DNA from: an uncultured Leptospirales bacterium
GTDB taxonomy: Bacteria; Spirochaetota; UBA4802; UBA5550
DNA length: 64,000 bases
Assembly (NCBI GenBank): GCA_964450405.1
Contig: CAYVCQ010000019.1
Location: forward strand, 30,558-94,557
Direction: 5' to 3'
This document shows positions 18,464 through 27,811 of this stretch, piece after piece. The translations under genes were made by a program, and so were the position numbers. The notes beneath the pieces are model-generated. The model saw only the letters and a program-made list of their open reading frames with translations, was not told the origin of the DNA and did not search any database. Position 1 is the stretch's first letter; each line of letters begins with the position of its first letter.

Positions 18464-19533
18464 AGAGGGCAATCGTTACACTAACCTCTGCTGGCGCGGA
18501 GCTTGGGTCAAGGCTGCATGCCGGTATACCAGGTTCAGTTTTGTACACTATGCCGGGGCGTGGGGCGGAATCGTCTATTGAAATTACCGGGACACTAAAG
18601 GAGTTTACCGGTTCTATTTTTAATTCGTATAATGTTATTATATTTATAATGGCGGCGGGAATTGTTGTACGTACAATTGCGGATTTTATTAAAGATAAAA
18701 CATCTGATCCCGGGATACTCGTTATGGATGAAAAAGGTAAATTCGTAATAAGTCTTCTTTCCGGGCATATGGGTGGTGCGAACAGGGAGGCCGAATTTAT
18801 TGCTTCAGTTATAGGGGCAACTCCCGTAATAACAACAGCCTCCGATTTAAACGGAATGCTCTCGCCGGATATGCTTGCTATGAAATACGGTTGTGTTATC
18901 AGCGATATGAAAATATGTAAAGATATAACAGCTGTTATGCTCAATAGCGGGAAAATAGCTTTTAGTAATGATTGCGGCATTGAGCTGTATTATCCATATG
19001 TTTCAAATGATTTCGATTTTCAGGGTATAATTTATTTAACAAACAAAGTACTCGAATATGAAAAGAATGAAGAAGTAATAGATGGAATGAATGGAGAAAA
19101 AACAAAAGGAGTTAAAACTCCATCTCTCCATCTTATTCCAAAAAATATTGTAATTGGTACCGGCTGCAGGAAAGGTAACGATCCCGAAGAGCTTGTGACT
19201 TTTATTACAGATGAGCTTAACCTGCTTGGAATAGATCACAGGGCTGTGTGCTCCGTATCAAGTATTGATATCAAGAGTGATGAGCCTGCAATAAAGCGTG
19301 CAGCTGAATTTTTTAATGCTGAATTGATGTTTTATTCACCGGAGAGAATTGTCGAAGTTGAACATATGTTTCAATGTTCAGAATTTGTCAGGGAAAAAAC
19401 AGGCGCAGGCGGAGTTGCAGAGCCATGCGCTTATCTTGCTTCGGATTGTCAGGGGGAGATGCTCCTGCAGAAAAAAAAGAGAAACGGAATGACCATGGCC
19501 GTTATGCAGAAACCGGTTAAGGAGATTTTTTAG
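18460..19533 (+). CDS. cbiG: Cobalt-precorrin-5A hydrolase
   Basis: MAAGIVVR, KTSDP, SLLSGHMGGAN, ITTASD, GCRKG, VAEP. Confidence 0.95.
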   Translation: MKRAIVTLTSAGAELGSRLHAGIPGSVLYTMPGRGAESSIEITGTLKEFTGSIFNSYNVIIFIMAAGIVVRTIADFIKDKTSDPGILVMDEKGKFVISLLSGHMGGANREAEFIASVIGATPVITTASDLNGMLSPDMLAMKYGCVISDMKICKDITAVMLNSGKIAFSNDCGIELYYPYVSNDFDFQGIIYLTNKVLEYEKNEEVIDGMNGEKTKGVKTPSLHLIPKNIVIGTGCRKGNDPEELVTFITDELNLLGIDHRAVCSVSSIDIKSDEPAIKRAAEFFNAELMFYSPERIVEVEHMFQCSEFVREKTGAGGVAEPCAYLASDCQGEMLLQKKKRNGMTMAVMQKPVKEIF

Positions 19534-19537
19534 AATT

Positions 19538-20272
19538 ATGGCTGGAAAAATATATATTATTGGTATAGGTCCGGGGAACAGGGAGCATATGAGTATCCTG
19601 GCATGTGAGGTTATAGAGAGTTCGGATATCGTTGTGGGATATACTACATATATTAAACTTCTAGAGAAGTCTTTTAGGCTGAACGAAACATTTGTCTCCG
19701 GAATGATGAAGGAAACCGACAGATGCAGGAAGGCACTGGAGCTTGCACTGAGCGGTAAGACAGTTGCTCTGGTGAGCAGCGGAGATTCAGGGATATATGG
19801 CATGGCGGGTCTTATGCTTGAAATAATTGAAAAGAGCGGTAAAGATGTTGAAACTGAGGTGATCCCGGGAATTACCTCGGCCACCGCTTCTGCCGCAATA
19901 CTTGGCGCTCCGATTATGCACGATTATGCTTCTATAAGTTTAAGTGATCTCCTCACCGACCATGAACTTATAAATAAACGGCTTGATGCGGCAGCCTCGG
20001 CAGACTTTGTAATATGTCTTTATAATCCTAAAAGTAAAACAAGAATTACAGGGCTGGCTGAGGCGAGAGATATTATTCTGAAACACAGAACGGGAAGTAC
20101 ACCGGTCGGGATAGTGAGAGATGCAATGCGCGAAGATCAGTCATATGTAATTACAGATCTTGATAATATGCTTGACCATGAGGCGGATATGAGAACAACA
20201 ATAATTATAGGAAATTCGCAGACATTTGTTTCGGGTGGAAAGATAATTACTCCGAGAGGTTATGGATTATGA
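19538..20272 (+). CDS. cbiH: Cobalt-precorrin-3 C17-methyltransferase
   Basis: VSSGDSGIYGMAG, GAPIMHD, ISLSDLL, YNPKS, ITPRGY. Confidence 0.95.
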   Translation: MAGKIYIIGIGPGNREHMSILACEVIESSDIVVGYTTYIKLLEKSFRLNETFVSGMMKETDRCRKALELALSGKTVALVSSGDSGIYGMAGLMLEIIEKSGKDVETEVIPGITSATASAAILGAPIMHDYASISLSDLLTDHELINKRLDAAASADFVICLYNPKSKTRITGLAEARDIILKHRTGSTPVGIVRDAMREDQSYVITDLDNMLDHEADMRTTIIIGNSQTFVSGGKIITPRGYGL

Positions 20273-21021
20273 TATGGGTTATTGCAGGCACAGAAAAAGG
20301 GAGAGTTGTTACCGAAAGACTTCTCCAATCCGGCTACAGAGTTGTGGCAACGACATCAACATCATTTGGAAGCTCACTCATAAGTGAAAATGAAAATCTG
20401 CTGTTGAGACATGGTGCTCTCGACTCGTCAGGGATGGAGAATCTTGTTAAAGAACATGGAATAAAACTGATTATAGATGCAAGTCATCCATATTCCGAAG
20501 AGGTGAAGTATAATGTACATCATGCGGCTGAAAAAATGGGAATACCCATTCTGGAGCTTGGCAGGGCACAGGTTTCTATAGCCGGTGCTGTTGAATTCGA
20601 TTCATATTCCGGTGCTGCAGATTATGTCAGCGAGAAAAAGGGGAATGTTCTGCTTACAATAGGATCAAAAAATATAAGGTATTTTCATGAAAGGGGAAAA
20701 CAGAAAATTTATGCCCGGGTACTTCCTGTTGAGAGTTCTCTTGCAGCGTGTGCCGATGCCGGATTCCCCCCCGACAGGATTATTGCAATGCAGCATACCT
20801 TCTCGCTGGAGTTTGAAAAGGCTCTGATGAAAGAATTTCAAATTAAATATCTCGTCACTAAAGAAAGCGGAGTCGAGGGAGGCGTTATTGAAAAAACCGA
20901 AGCGGCGATTCAATCGGGAATAGAGATTATAGTAATTAAAAGACCTGTAACCGGCGGAGTTTCAACATATTTTGATATAGATGAGATAATTGCAAAAACC
21001 GGTGAGATTATAAATGGGTAG
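20269..21021 (+). CDS. cbiJ: Cobalt-precorrin-6A reductase
   Basis: IAGT, IDASHPY, LLTIGSK, ARVLP, VTKESG..GG..EK, IKRP. Confidence 0.9.
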   Translation: MIWVIAGTEKGRVVTERLLQSGYRVVATTSTSFGSSLISENENLLLRHGALDSSGMENLVKEHGIKLIIDASHPYSEEVKYNVHHAAEKMGIPILELGRAQVSIAGAVEFDSYSGAADYVSEKKGNVLLTIGSKNIRYFHERGKQKIYARVLPVESSLAACADAGFPPDRIIAMQHTFSLEFEKALMKEFQIKYLVTKESGVEGGVIEKTEAAIQSGIEIIVIKRPVTGGVSTYFDIDEIIAKTGEIING

Positions 21022-21577
21022 ATTGATTTTTGTCACAGGGGGAGCGCGTAGCGGAAAGAGCAGATTTGCTGAAGAACTTCTCTGCGGATTAGATAAGCTT
21101 CTATATATCGCAACAGCAGTTCCCTTTGATGAAGAAATGAAAGAGAGAGTCAGGCTTCATAGAGAACGGAGAGATGCAAGATGGAAAACTGTTGAACAGT
21201 ACAGCGGACTTGGCAAAGTTTTCGATCAGCATGCGGAGTCAAGCGGTATTCTTTTAGACTGCATTACTGTCATGGTGACAAATCTTATGCTTGAAGACTG
21301 CAGTATAGACTGGGATATCATTACCTCGAGTGAAATTGATTCTATTGAAAAACGCGTTGTTATTGAAATAGATGAATTGATAGAGGCAGCCGGCAGATTT
21401 TCCGGTGTTGCTGTAATAGTTTCAAATGAAACCGGAATGGGTATTGTTCCAGCAAATCCTCTCTCACGGAATTTTCAGGATATAGCTGGTAGAATAAATC
21501 AGAAAATAGCTTCACGGGCGGATGAAGTGTATTTTACGGTTTCGGGTATACCTGTGAAAATAAAGGGAACACTTTGA
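21014..21577 (+). CDS. cobU: Adenosylcobinamide kinase / cobinamide-phosphate guanylyltransferase
   Basis: GGARSGKS, YIATA, DEEM..R...H, VSNE.GMGIVP. Confidence 0.95.
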   Translation: MGRLIFVTGGARSGKSRFAEELLCGLDKLLYIATAVPFDEEMKERVRLHRERRDARWKTVEQYSGLGKVFDQHAESSGILLDCITVMVTNLMLEDCSIDWDIITSSEIDSIEKRVVIEIDELIEAAGRFSGVAVIVSNETGMGIVPANPLSRNFQDIAGRINQKIASRADEVYFTVSGIPVKIKGTL

Positions 21578-22104
21578 AAACCGGGCTCGTGCATGTTTAT
21601 ACCGGTGACGGTAAAGGGAAGACCTCTGCAGCGATTGGACTTGCAGTCCGTGCCGCGGGGAGAGATCTTAAAGTGGTTTTTATTCAGTTTCTGAAAAGTG
21701 AAGATTCCGGAGAGGTTATACTTTTAGAAAAATATATACCTCTGGTAAAAGTTTTACGGTTTAACACGCAGAATAAATTTATCTGGAACATGAACGATGA
21801 TGAACGTCAACTGCTGAGAGCCGAAACTCGAGAAGGCTTTAACGCTGCAGATAGATATTCTGTAAAAGGAGATTGCGACATTCTGGTTCTTGATGAAATA
21901 TTCGGTTCGTGTAGAAACGGATTTGTAAATGAGGATGAGATTCTAACTCTGATTAAAAATAGAAATAGCGTAGTAGAGCTTGTTCTAACAGGGCGTGATG
22001 CTCCGGAAAAAATTATAGAAGCTTCAGATCTTGTGACAGAGATGAAGAATATAAAGCATCCCTTTGATAAGGGAATTAAAGCAAGGATAGGAATAGAAAG
22101 ATGA
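21574..22104 (+). CDS. cobO: Cob(I)yrinic acid a,c-diamide adenosyltransferase (CobO/BtuR)
   Basis: YTGDGKGKT, QFLK, LDE, LTGR, KHPF..GI. Confidence 0.9.
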   Translation: MKTGLVHVYTGDGKGKTSAAIGLAVRAAGRDLKVVFIQFLKSEDSGEVILLEKYIPLVKVLRFNTQNKFIWNMNDDERQLLRAETREGFNAADRYSVKGDCDILVLDEIFGSCRNGFVNEDEILTLIKNRNSVVELVLTGRDAPEKIIEASDLVTEMKNIKHPFDKGIKARIGIER

Positions 22105-22883
22105 TACGCATGTTTCTCGCTCAGATAATGTTTCTCAGTAAAATTCCTGTACCTTTTAAAATTGAGTTTAACGAAGACGATCTGGTTAAGGGTGTGATCT
22201 TTGCACCTGCTGCGGGATTTATAATTGGCGCTCCATCTGCCGGAATTTTTTTTCTTTTATCATCAGCGGGGCTTACACCGCTTGCCGTAGCATCTGCTAT
22301 TATGATTCATATTGTAATGACCGGAGCGCTACATCTGGACGGACTTGCTGATACGGCAGATGGTTTTTTCAGCTACCGAAGCAGAGATCGAATTCTTGAA
22401 ATAATGAAAGATTCCCGCATAGGTACAAACGGTGCACTCTCTCTTATAGCTGTTGTGCTGATTAAGTATTCTCTTCTGATCTCACTCAAGCCGGAGCACG
22501 CTGTACTTTGTCTTATAATAGCTCCGGTTGCTGCGAGGATGACCATAGCCTGGACTGCCGGTGTATCAATCTATGCGCGAATTGAAGATGGTATGGGGAA
22601 ATCGATGGTTGAGAGAACCGGATGGAGGGAAATTCTGATCTCATCAACTATAGCACTGCTGGTGATTTCAGCTGTTTTCCGTTTCAGTTTGATTTTTTTT
22701 ACCATTGTAATTGTATTATCGGCAATAATTTTTTCTTACTTATTTTCGCGATACTCATTAAAAAAAATAGGCGGGATGACAGGGGATGTTATCGGCGCTG
22801 TTATTGAACTTAGTGAAATTTTAGTATTTACGGTATTTATTATCTTTGAAAAAATTCCGCAGTTGAGAGATTATATTTCATGA
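22101..22883 (+). CDS. cobS: Adenosylcobinamide-GDP ribazoletransferase
   Basis: TGALHLDGLADTADG, IMKDSRIG, GGMTGDV.GA. Confidence 0.95.
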   Translation: MIRMFLAQIMFLSKIPVPFKIEFNEDDLVKGVIFAPAAGFIIGAPSAGIFFLLSSAGLTPLAVASAIMIHIVMTGALHLDGLADTADGFFSYRSRDRILEIMKDSRIGTNGALSLIAVVLIKYSLLISLKPEHAVLCLIIAPVAARMTIAWTAGVSIYARIEDGMGKSMVERTGWREILISSTIALLVISAVFRFSLIFFTIVIVLSAIIFSYLFSRYSLKKIGGMTGDVIGAVIELSEILVFTVFIIFEKIPQLRDYIS

Positions 22884-22935
22884 AAAGTATATTCTTTTCA
22901 GCTATAAGCTTCCGGAATATCGGAGGATTTTTTTT

Positions 22936-23520
22936 ATGAAAGAGCTGCTGCTTGTCCGTCACGGTGAAACCGATCACAATAAAGAGATGCGTTTTACGGG
23001 ATTTACTGATATAGCTCTTAATCAAAAAGGTAGAGATCAGGCGAATAATCTGAAAGATAAATTTATGTCCGAGGGGATAACTTCGATTTATTCGAGCGAT
23101 CTTAAAAGAGCATCTGAAACTGCAGCACTAATAAGCGGAGGAGCTGAATTTGAAATGACTCCGGCGCTTCGGGAGATGAACTTCGGGATATTTGAAACTC
23201 TGACATATGAAGAGCTGAAGAGAAAATGTTCTGATGAGTTTACCCGATGGGGTAGCGATAGAAAAAATTACAAAATACCTGAAGGGGAATCCTATTCGGA
23301 AATGGCAGAGCGGGTACTTGCATTTCTTGAAAAAGTTTTAATGACAGATGCCGATAAAATCGCGTTAGTTTCGCATTCAGGCTGTATAAGAACAATACTC
23401 TCATTTTATCTGCTGGGATATGTTGAAGATTCATGGAAGTTTTTTGTAGACAACTGTACTATCACCAGGCTGTGCATTGATAAAAAATACGCATATTTAA
23501 AATCATTGAATGAAAAATAG
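22936..23520 (+). CDS. cobC: Alpha-ribazole phosphatase (histidine phosphatase)
   Basis: RHGET, SSDL.RA, LREMNFG, GES, VSH; operon context. Confidence 0.85.
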   Translation: MKELLLVRHGETDHNKEMRFTGFTDIALNQKGRDQANNLKDKFMSEGITSIYSSDLKRASETAALISGGAEFEMTPALREMNFGIFETLTYEELKRKCSDEFTRWGSDRKNYKIPEGESYSEMAERVLAFLEKVLMTDADKIALVSHSGCIRTILSFYLLGYVEDSWKFFVDNCTITRLCIDKKYAYLKSLNEK

Positions 23521-23561
23521 TAATAGCTGCCCCGCCGCCGAAGGCGGCGGGGCAGCTATTA
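23521..23561. other. Perfect 19-bp-stem hairpin between cobC and cbiP
   Basis: TAATAGCTGCCCCGCCGCC-GAA-GGCGGCGGGGCAGCTATTA; no U-tract on the sense strand. Confidence 0.8.
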
Positions 23562-23577
23562 TAAAAAGGAAAATTGA

Positions 23578-25080
23578 TTGGCAAAGAATATAATGATACA
23601 GGGAACAGCCTCCTCCGTCGGCAAGAGCATGATGACCGCAGCTCTCTGTAGAGTGTTCACTGAGGACGGATACTCTGTTGCTCCCTATAAATCGCAGAAT
23701 ATGGCGCTGAATTCATTTGTAACAAAAGATGGATTCGAAATGGGCCGTGCGCAGGCTGTACAGGCAGCGGCATGTCTAAAAGAGCCATCGGTGCTGATGA
23801 ATCCGGTTCTGCTTAAACCGTCGTCGGATACCGGATCGCAGGTGATGGTCATGGGGAGAGTCCATGGCAACATGAATGCAATGGAGTATCATAAATACAA
23901 ACCGGAACTGAAAAAGATAGTTCTGGATGCATACCGTAAGCTTGAAGAGATGTGTGAAATCATCGTTCTGGAGGGAGCCGGCAGCCCCGCGGAAATTAAC
24001 CTTCGTGAAAATGATATTGTAAATATGGGGATGGCGGAAATGGTTGATGCACCGGTGATCCTTGTGGCCGATATCGATCGCGGGGGAGTATTTGCCTCTG
24101 TGGTGGGGACAATTTTTCTGCTTACAGATGACGAGAAGAAGCGTGTGAAGGGTGTAATTATAAATAAGTTCCGCGGTGATATCGAAATACTTAAACCGGG
24201 AATTGTAGAACTTGAAAGTATAATAAAAATTCCGGTACTCGGCGTTGTCCCATATGCGGAAATAAAGCTTGAGGACGAAGACAGTGTCACAGGGAGATTT
24301 AACAGAAAAAAAGTAAGCTCACTGATTGATATATGTGTTATAAAAACTCCCTGGATTTCGAACTTTACCGACTTCGATATTTTTGATCATCTGGAAGATA
24401 TTAATCTCAGGTATGCCTCTTCTGTTGATGACATTGGCGAACCGGATATGCTTATACTCCCCGGGAGCAAGAATACAATTGCCGACCTTGCGTTTATATG
24501 TGCTGAAGGAATCAATATTGTAATAGCTTCTCTGCAGAAAAAAGGTGCACTGATATTCGGAGTATGCGGAGGTTTTCAGATGATGGGGGAAAGTATTGAC
24601 GACCCCTTTAATGTAGAAGGTCCAGTGACAACATCCGCGGGACTTTCACTGATACCGATGAAAACAGTTCTTGAAAAGGAAAAGTTTACAAAACAGGTAG
24701 ATGGAGTTATAGCATCTGAAAATGAAATTTTAAGCGGAATAAAAGGAATACGCATATCGGGATATGAAATTCATATGGGAGTAAGCACAATGTCCGCAGG
24801 GGTTGAGCCGCTTACCCGGACCGGGAATGGTCAGGGCGGAATAATCTCGGGTAATATTATTGGAACTTATATTCACGGAATATTCGATAACATTGAATTT
24901 ACTGAAAATATTCTTAACAGCATAAGACGGAGAAAAATGCTACCGGAAAAAAAATATAAAACAAATTATATTGATGCAAGGGAAAACGAGTTTGTAAAAC
25001 TCGGCAGATTGATTAGAGAAAACCTGGATATAAAAAAAATTTACAGTATACTGGATCGCAATGATATCAGCAGCAGTTAA
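23578..25080 (+). CDS. cbiP: Cobyric acid synthase
   Basis: QGTASSVGKS, KSQNMALNS, EGAGSPAEIN, DIDRGG, GYEIH, GTYIHG. Confidence 0.95.
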   Translation: MAKNIMIQGTASSVGKSMMTAALCRVFTEDGYSVAPYKSQNMALNSFVTKDGFEMGRAQAVQAAACLKEPSVLMNPVLLKPSSDTGSQVMVMGRVHGNMNAMEYHKYKPELKKIVLDAYRKLEEMCEIIVLEGAGSPAEINLRENDIVNMGMAEMVDAPVILVADIDRGGVFASVVGTIFLLTDDEKKRVKGVIINKFRGDIEILKPGIVELESIIKIPVLGVVPYAEIKLEDEDSVTGRFNRKKVSSLIDICVIKTPWISNFTDFDIFDHLEDINLRYASSVDDIGEPDMLILPGSKNTIADLAFICAEGINIVIASLQKKGALIFGVCGGFQMMGESIDDPFNVEGPVTTSAGLSLIPMKTVLEKEKFTKQVDGVIASENEILSGIKGIRISGYEIHMGVSTMSAGVEPLTRTGNGQGGIISGNIIGTYIHGIFDNIEFTENILNSIRRRKMLPEKKYKTNYIDARENEFVKLGRLIRENLDIKKIYSILDRNDISSS

Positions 25081-25993
25081 AATAAGCGCAGGATTTATTC
25101 TTGATCTGATCCTCGGTGATCCGCATCGGTTTCCTCATCCAGTACAATTTATAGGAAAACTGATAAGTTTTATTGAGAAACTAATTCTGCGGAAATCATT
25201 TGAACGTGCTGCGGGAGTTCTGCTGGTTGTTGTTGTGGTTCTTTCAAGTTATTTTCTGACGATGTATATCTCTGCGCTAAGTATGGCGCTTGAAATATTT
25301 TTAATATACACAATATTCGCAGTGAGATCTCTTTCGGCTGAGGCAATGAAGGTTTATGAGTTTCTTATCACGGGAGATCTTCCAGCTGCGAGAGCTCAGA
25401 TTTCATTTCTCGTGAGCAGAGATACGGCGGAAATGGATCGATGTCAAATAATCCGTGCGGCAGTTGAAACAGTAACTGAAAATATCGTCGACGGAGTTAT
25501 TGCACCGATGTTCTATCTCTTCGCCGGAGGTGCTCCTCTCGGAATGGCGTACAAGGCGGCTAATACTCTTGATTCCATGTTGGGCTATAAAAATGAAAAG
25601 TATATAAAGTTCGGATGGGCTGGCGCAAGATTTGATGATATACTTAATTTGATCCCCGCAAGGATCACTGGTTTTATACTAATTCCTGTGGCTTCATTAT
25701 TTACCGGCGGAAGTGTAAGAGGTTCATATAGGATTCTTCTTCGTGACAGATATAATCATAGCAGTCCGAATTCCGGACATCCTGAATCTGCTGCTGCCGG
25801 GGCGCTCGGAATAAGACTCGGCGGTCCTGTGAGCTACTTCGGTGTGCTTCATAACAAACCGTATATAGGTGAGAGTAATAGAGATCTTGAACCGGATGAT
25901 ATAAAAAGGGCGGTTAGACTGCTGTATGCAACTTCATTGTCGGGGCTGGCTCTGGGGTGGGGAATTGTTTGGTTTATAAGATATTATATTTAA
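25061..25993 (+). CDS. cbiB: Adenosylcobinamide-phosphate synthase
   Basis: GDP..PHPV, VSRDT, EN.VDGVIAP, YKA.NTLDSM.GY, HSSPNSG. Confidence 0.95.
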   Translation: MISAAVKISAGFILDLILGDPHRFPHPVQFIGKLISFIEKLILRKSFERAAGVLLVVVVVLSSYFLTMYISALSMALEIFLIYTIFAVRSLSAEAMKVYEFLITGDLPAARAQISFLVSRDTAEMDRCQIIRAAVETVTENIVDGVIAPMFYLFAGGAPLGMAYKAANTLDSMLGYKNEKYIKFGWAGARFDDILNLIPARITGFILIPVASLFTGGSVRGSYRILLRDRYNHSSPNSGHPESAAAGALGIRLGGPVSYFGVLHNKPYIGESNRDLEPDDIKRAVRLLYATSLSGLALGWGIVWFIRYYI

Positions 25994-26018
25994 TGATGCA
26001 GGTGGTGGAGCACTGTTA

Positions 26019-26140
26019 CCCCCTTTACTAAAGGGGGCAGAGGGGATTTTAAGATTATTTAAATTTGAAGTTTAACATTAAACTGGTAGAATGATGAAAT
26101 AAAATCCCCCGGCCTGCGGCCACCCCCTTTGTTAAAGAGG
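26019..26140. repeat. REP-like doublet, family A, upstream of cobD
   Basis: 26019-26049 and inverted variant 26101-26140; the latter is identical to 27301-27340. Confidence 0.85.
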
Positions 26141-26211
26141 CTTTATTCTTGTAGTCCTGATGAGTTATTTATGAAACAAATACTATAAACTGCAAAAAAA
26201 GGATCAGCATA

Positions 26212-27291
26212 ATGAACAATAATCACGGCGGGAACTTGTACAACATCGAAAGGGAGTATGGAATACCCGCAGGAGATATAATTGATTTCAGCGTAAATTT
26301 AAATCCAATTGGTACCCCTGATGAGATTAAAAAAATCATTGCGGATAATCTTGATGAAATAACCAGATACCCCGATCCTGATTATATTGAATGCAGAAAG
26401 TCAATTGCTTCACACCACGGGCTTCCTTATAAATACATCACAACCGGTAATGGAGCAACTGAACTTATATTTTTATACTGCCGGGTTCTTAAACCGGCAA
26501 GAGCTCTTATTATTGCACCGGCATTCTCTGAATACAGAAGAGCGCTTGAATCTGTGAAGGCTGAAATCAGTTACTTTGAGCTGAAAGAAAAAGATAATTT
26601 CAAAACTGATGTTGAGTCTCTGAAAAATGAAATCAGCAGAGGATATGATCTTGTTGTGATCTGCAATCCGAACAATCCCTCAGGAACTTTAATCAGCAAA
26701 GATGATATGATGTCTATTGCGGAACATTCTTTAAATCATGGCTGCAGAATACTTCTGGATGAATCATTTGTAGAATTCTGCTTCACCGGGACTGCTCAGT
26801 TAAGTGTTGTCGGAGAGCAAATTCCAGAAAACATTTTTGTTGTAAGGTCACTTACCAAAATATTTTCTCTCCCGGGACTCCGTCTGGGTTACGGCATAAG
26901 CTTTGATGATGACCTGAACAGAAAACTTGCAGAGCGGAAAGAACCATGGTCCGTTAACGTACTTGCGGCAAAAAGTGCAAACTTTCTTCCCGATGCATTG
27001 AGTTATTTCGAAGAGACGCGAAGAGTAGTCTTTGAGGAAAACAATTTTATTCTACAGAATATTAAAAATATCAGCTGGCTTAAAACTTTCAGCTCGCCGG
27101 TAAATTATATGATTGTAAAAATACTCAGTGAAATGACATCCGCGCAGCTTGCCGGGGAAATGATTAAAAAAAATGTAATGATAAGAGATGCATCAAATTT
27201 TCAGTATCTGAATGAAAAGTTTATACGCATAGCTGTGAAGGATAGAGAGAGCAATCAGAAGTTGATTGATGCGTTGAAGGAAATTAATTGA
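26212..27291 (+). CDS. cobD: L-threonine-O-3-phosphate decarboxylase
   Basis: HGGN, DFSVNLNP, YPD, GNGATE, CNPNNP.G, DESF, RSLTK...PGLRLGY. Confidence 0.9.
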   Translation: MNNNHGGNLYNIEREYGIPAGDIIDFSVNLNPIGTPDEIKKIIADNLDEITRYPDPDYIECRKSIASHHGLPYKYITTGNGATELIFLYCRVLKPARALIIAPAFSEYRRALESVKAEISYFELKEKDNFKTDVESLKNEISRGYDLVVICNPNNPSGTLISKDDMMSIAEHSLNHGCRILLDESFVEFCFTGTAQLSVVGEQIPENIFVVRSLTKIFSLPGLRLGYGISFDDDLNRKLAERKEPWSVNVLAAKSANFLPDALSYFEETRRVVFEENNFILQNIKNISWLKTFSSPVNYMIVKILSEMTSAQLAGEMIKKNVMIRDASNFQYLNEKFIRIAVKDRESNQKLIDALKEIN

Positions 27292-27300
27292 TATAATAAA

Positions 27301-27433
27301 AAAATCCCCCGGCCTGCGGCCACCCCCTTTGTTAAAGAGGGTATTGATTTTTAGTTTTTGTTGAGACCGCGTTATGTGGTTTATTTATTGTTCTTAAAAA
27401 ACCCCCTTTAATAAAGGGGGGCAGGGGGGATTT
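27301..27433. repeat. REP-like doublet, family A, downstream of cobD
   Basis: 27301-27340 identical to 26101-26140; 27402-27433 similar to 4969-4999. Confidence 0.85.
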
Positions 27434-27501
27434 TAGTTCAAGTGAACTTGAAAATATATTCCGTTGGAACAGGAATTGAATTTGTTTCGTTAAAATTTTT
27501 C

Positions 27502-27530
27502 TTTACAATCCATCCTTAAAAATATTTAAT
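27502..27530 (+). promoter_or_regulatory. Putative sigma70 promoter for cobT
   Basis: TTTACA-17 bp-TTTAAT immediately before the riboswitch. Confidence 0.55.
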
Positions 27531-27540
27531 GTGGTTAAGA

Positions 27541-27690
27541 TTTCAGTAACGGAACATGGTGCAAGTCCATGGCGCTCCCATCGCTGTAACCGGGGACAGC
27601 TCTGCATAATGCCACTGTTTTTAACACTTTAAGTTAAGACGGGAAGGCGCAGCTGCTGGATGATCCGGAAGCCAGAAGACGACTGGAGTT
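27541..27690 (+). ncRNA. Cobalamin riboswitch, long class-I type
   Basis: GGAACATGGTGCAAGTCCATG, CCCATCGCTGTAA, GCCACTG...GGGAAGGC and AAGCCAGAAGAC conserved blocks. Confidence 0.92.
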
Positions 27691-27711
27691 CAAATGATTC
27701 GAATCTAATGG

Positions 27712-27762
27712 AAAAGGATTCTGATGGCATATATCTATATGCTGCCGGAGTCCTTTTTTTTT
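27712..27762 (+). terminator. Intrinsic terminator of the cobT riboswitch
   Basis: AAAAGGATTCTGATGGCATAT...ATATGCTGCCGGAGTCCTTTT followed by a T run. Confidence 0.75.
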
Positions 27763-27811
27763 GTCCGGAAATCGGCATATATGAAAAACTAAAGAGTGGA
27801 GAGTTTTCTAA

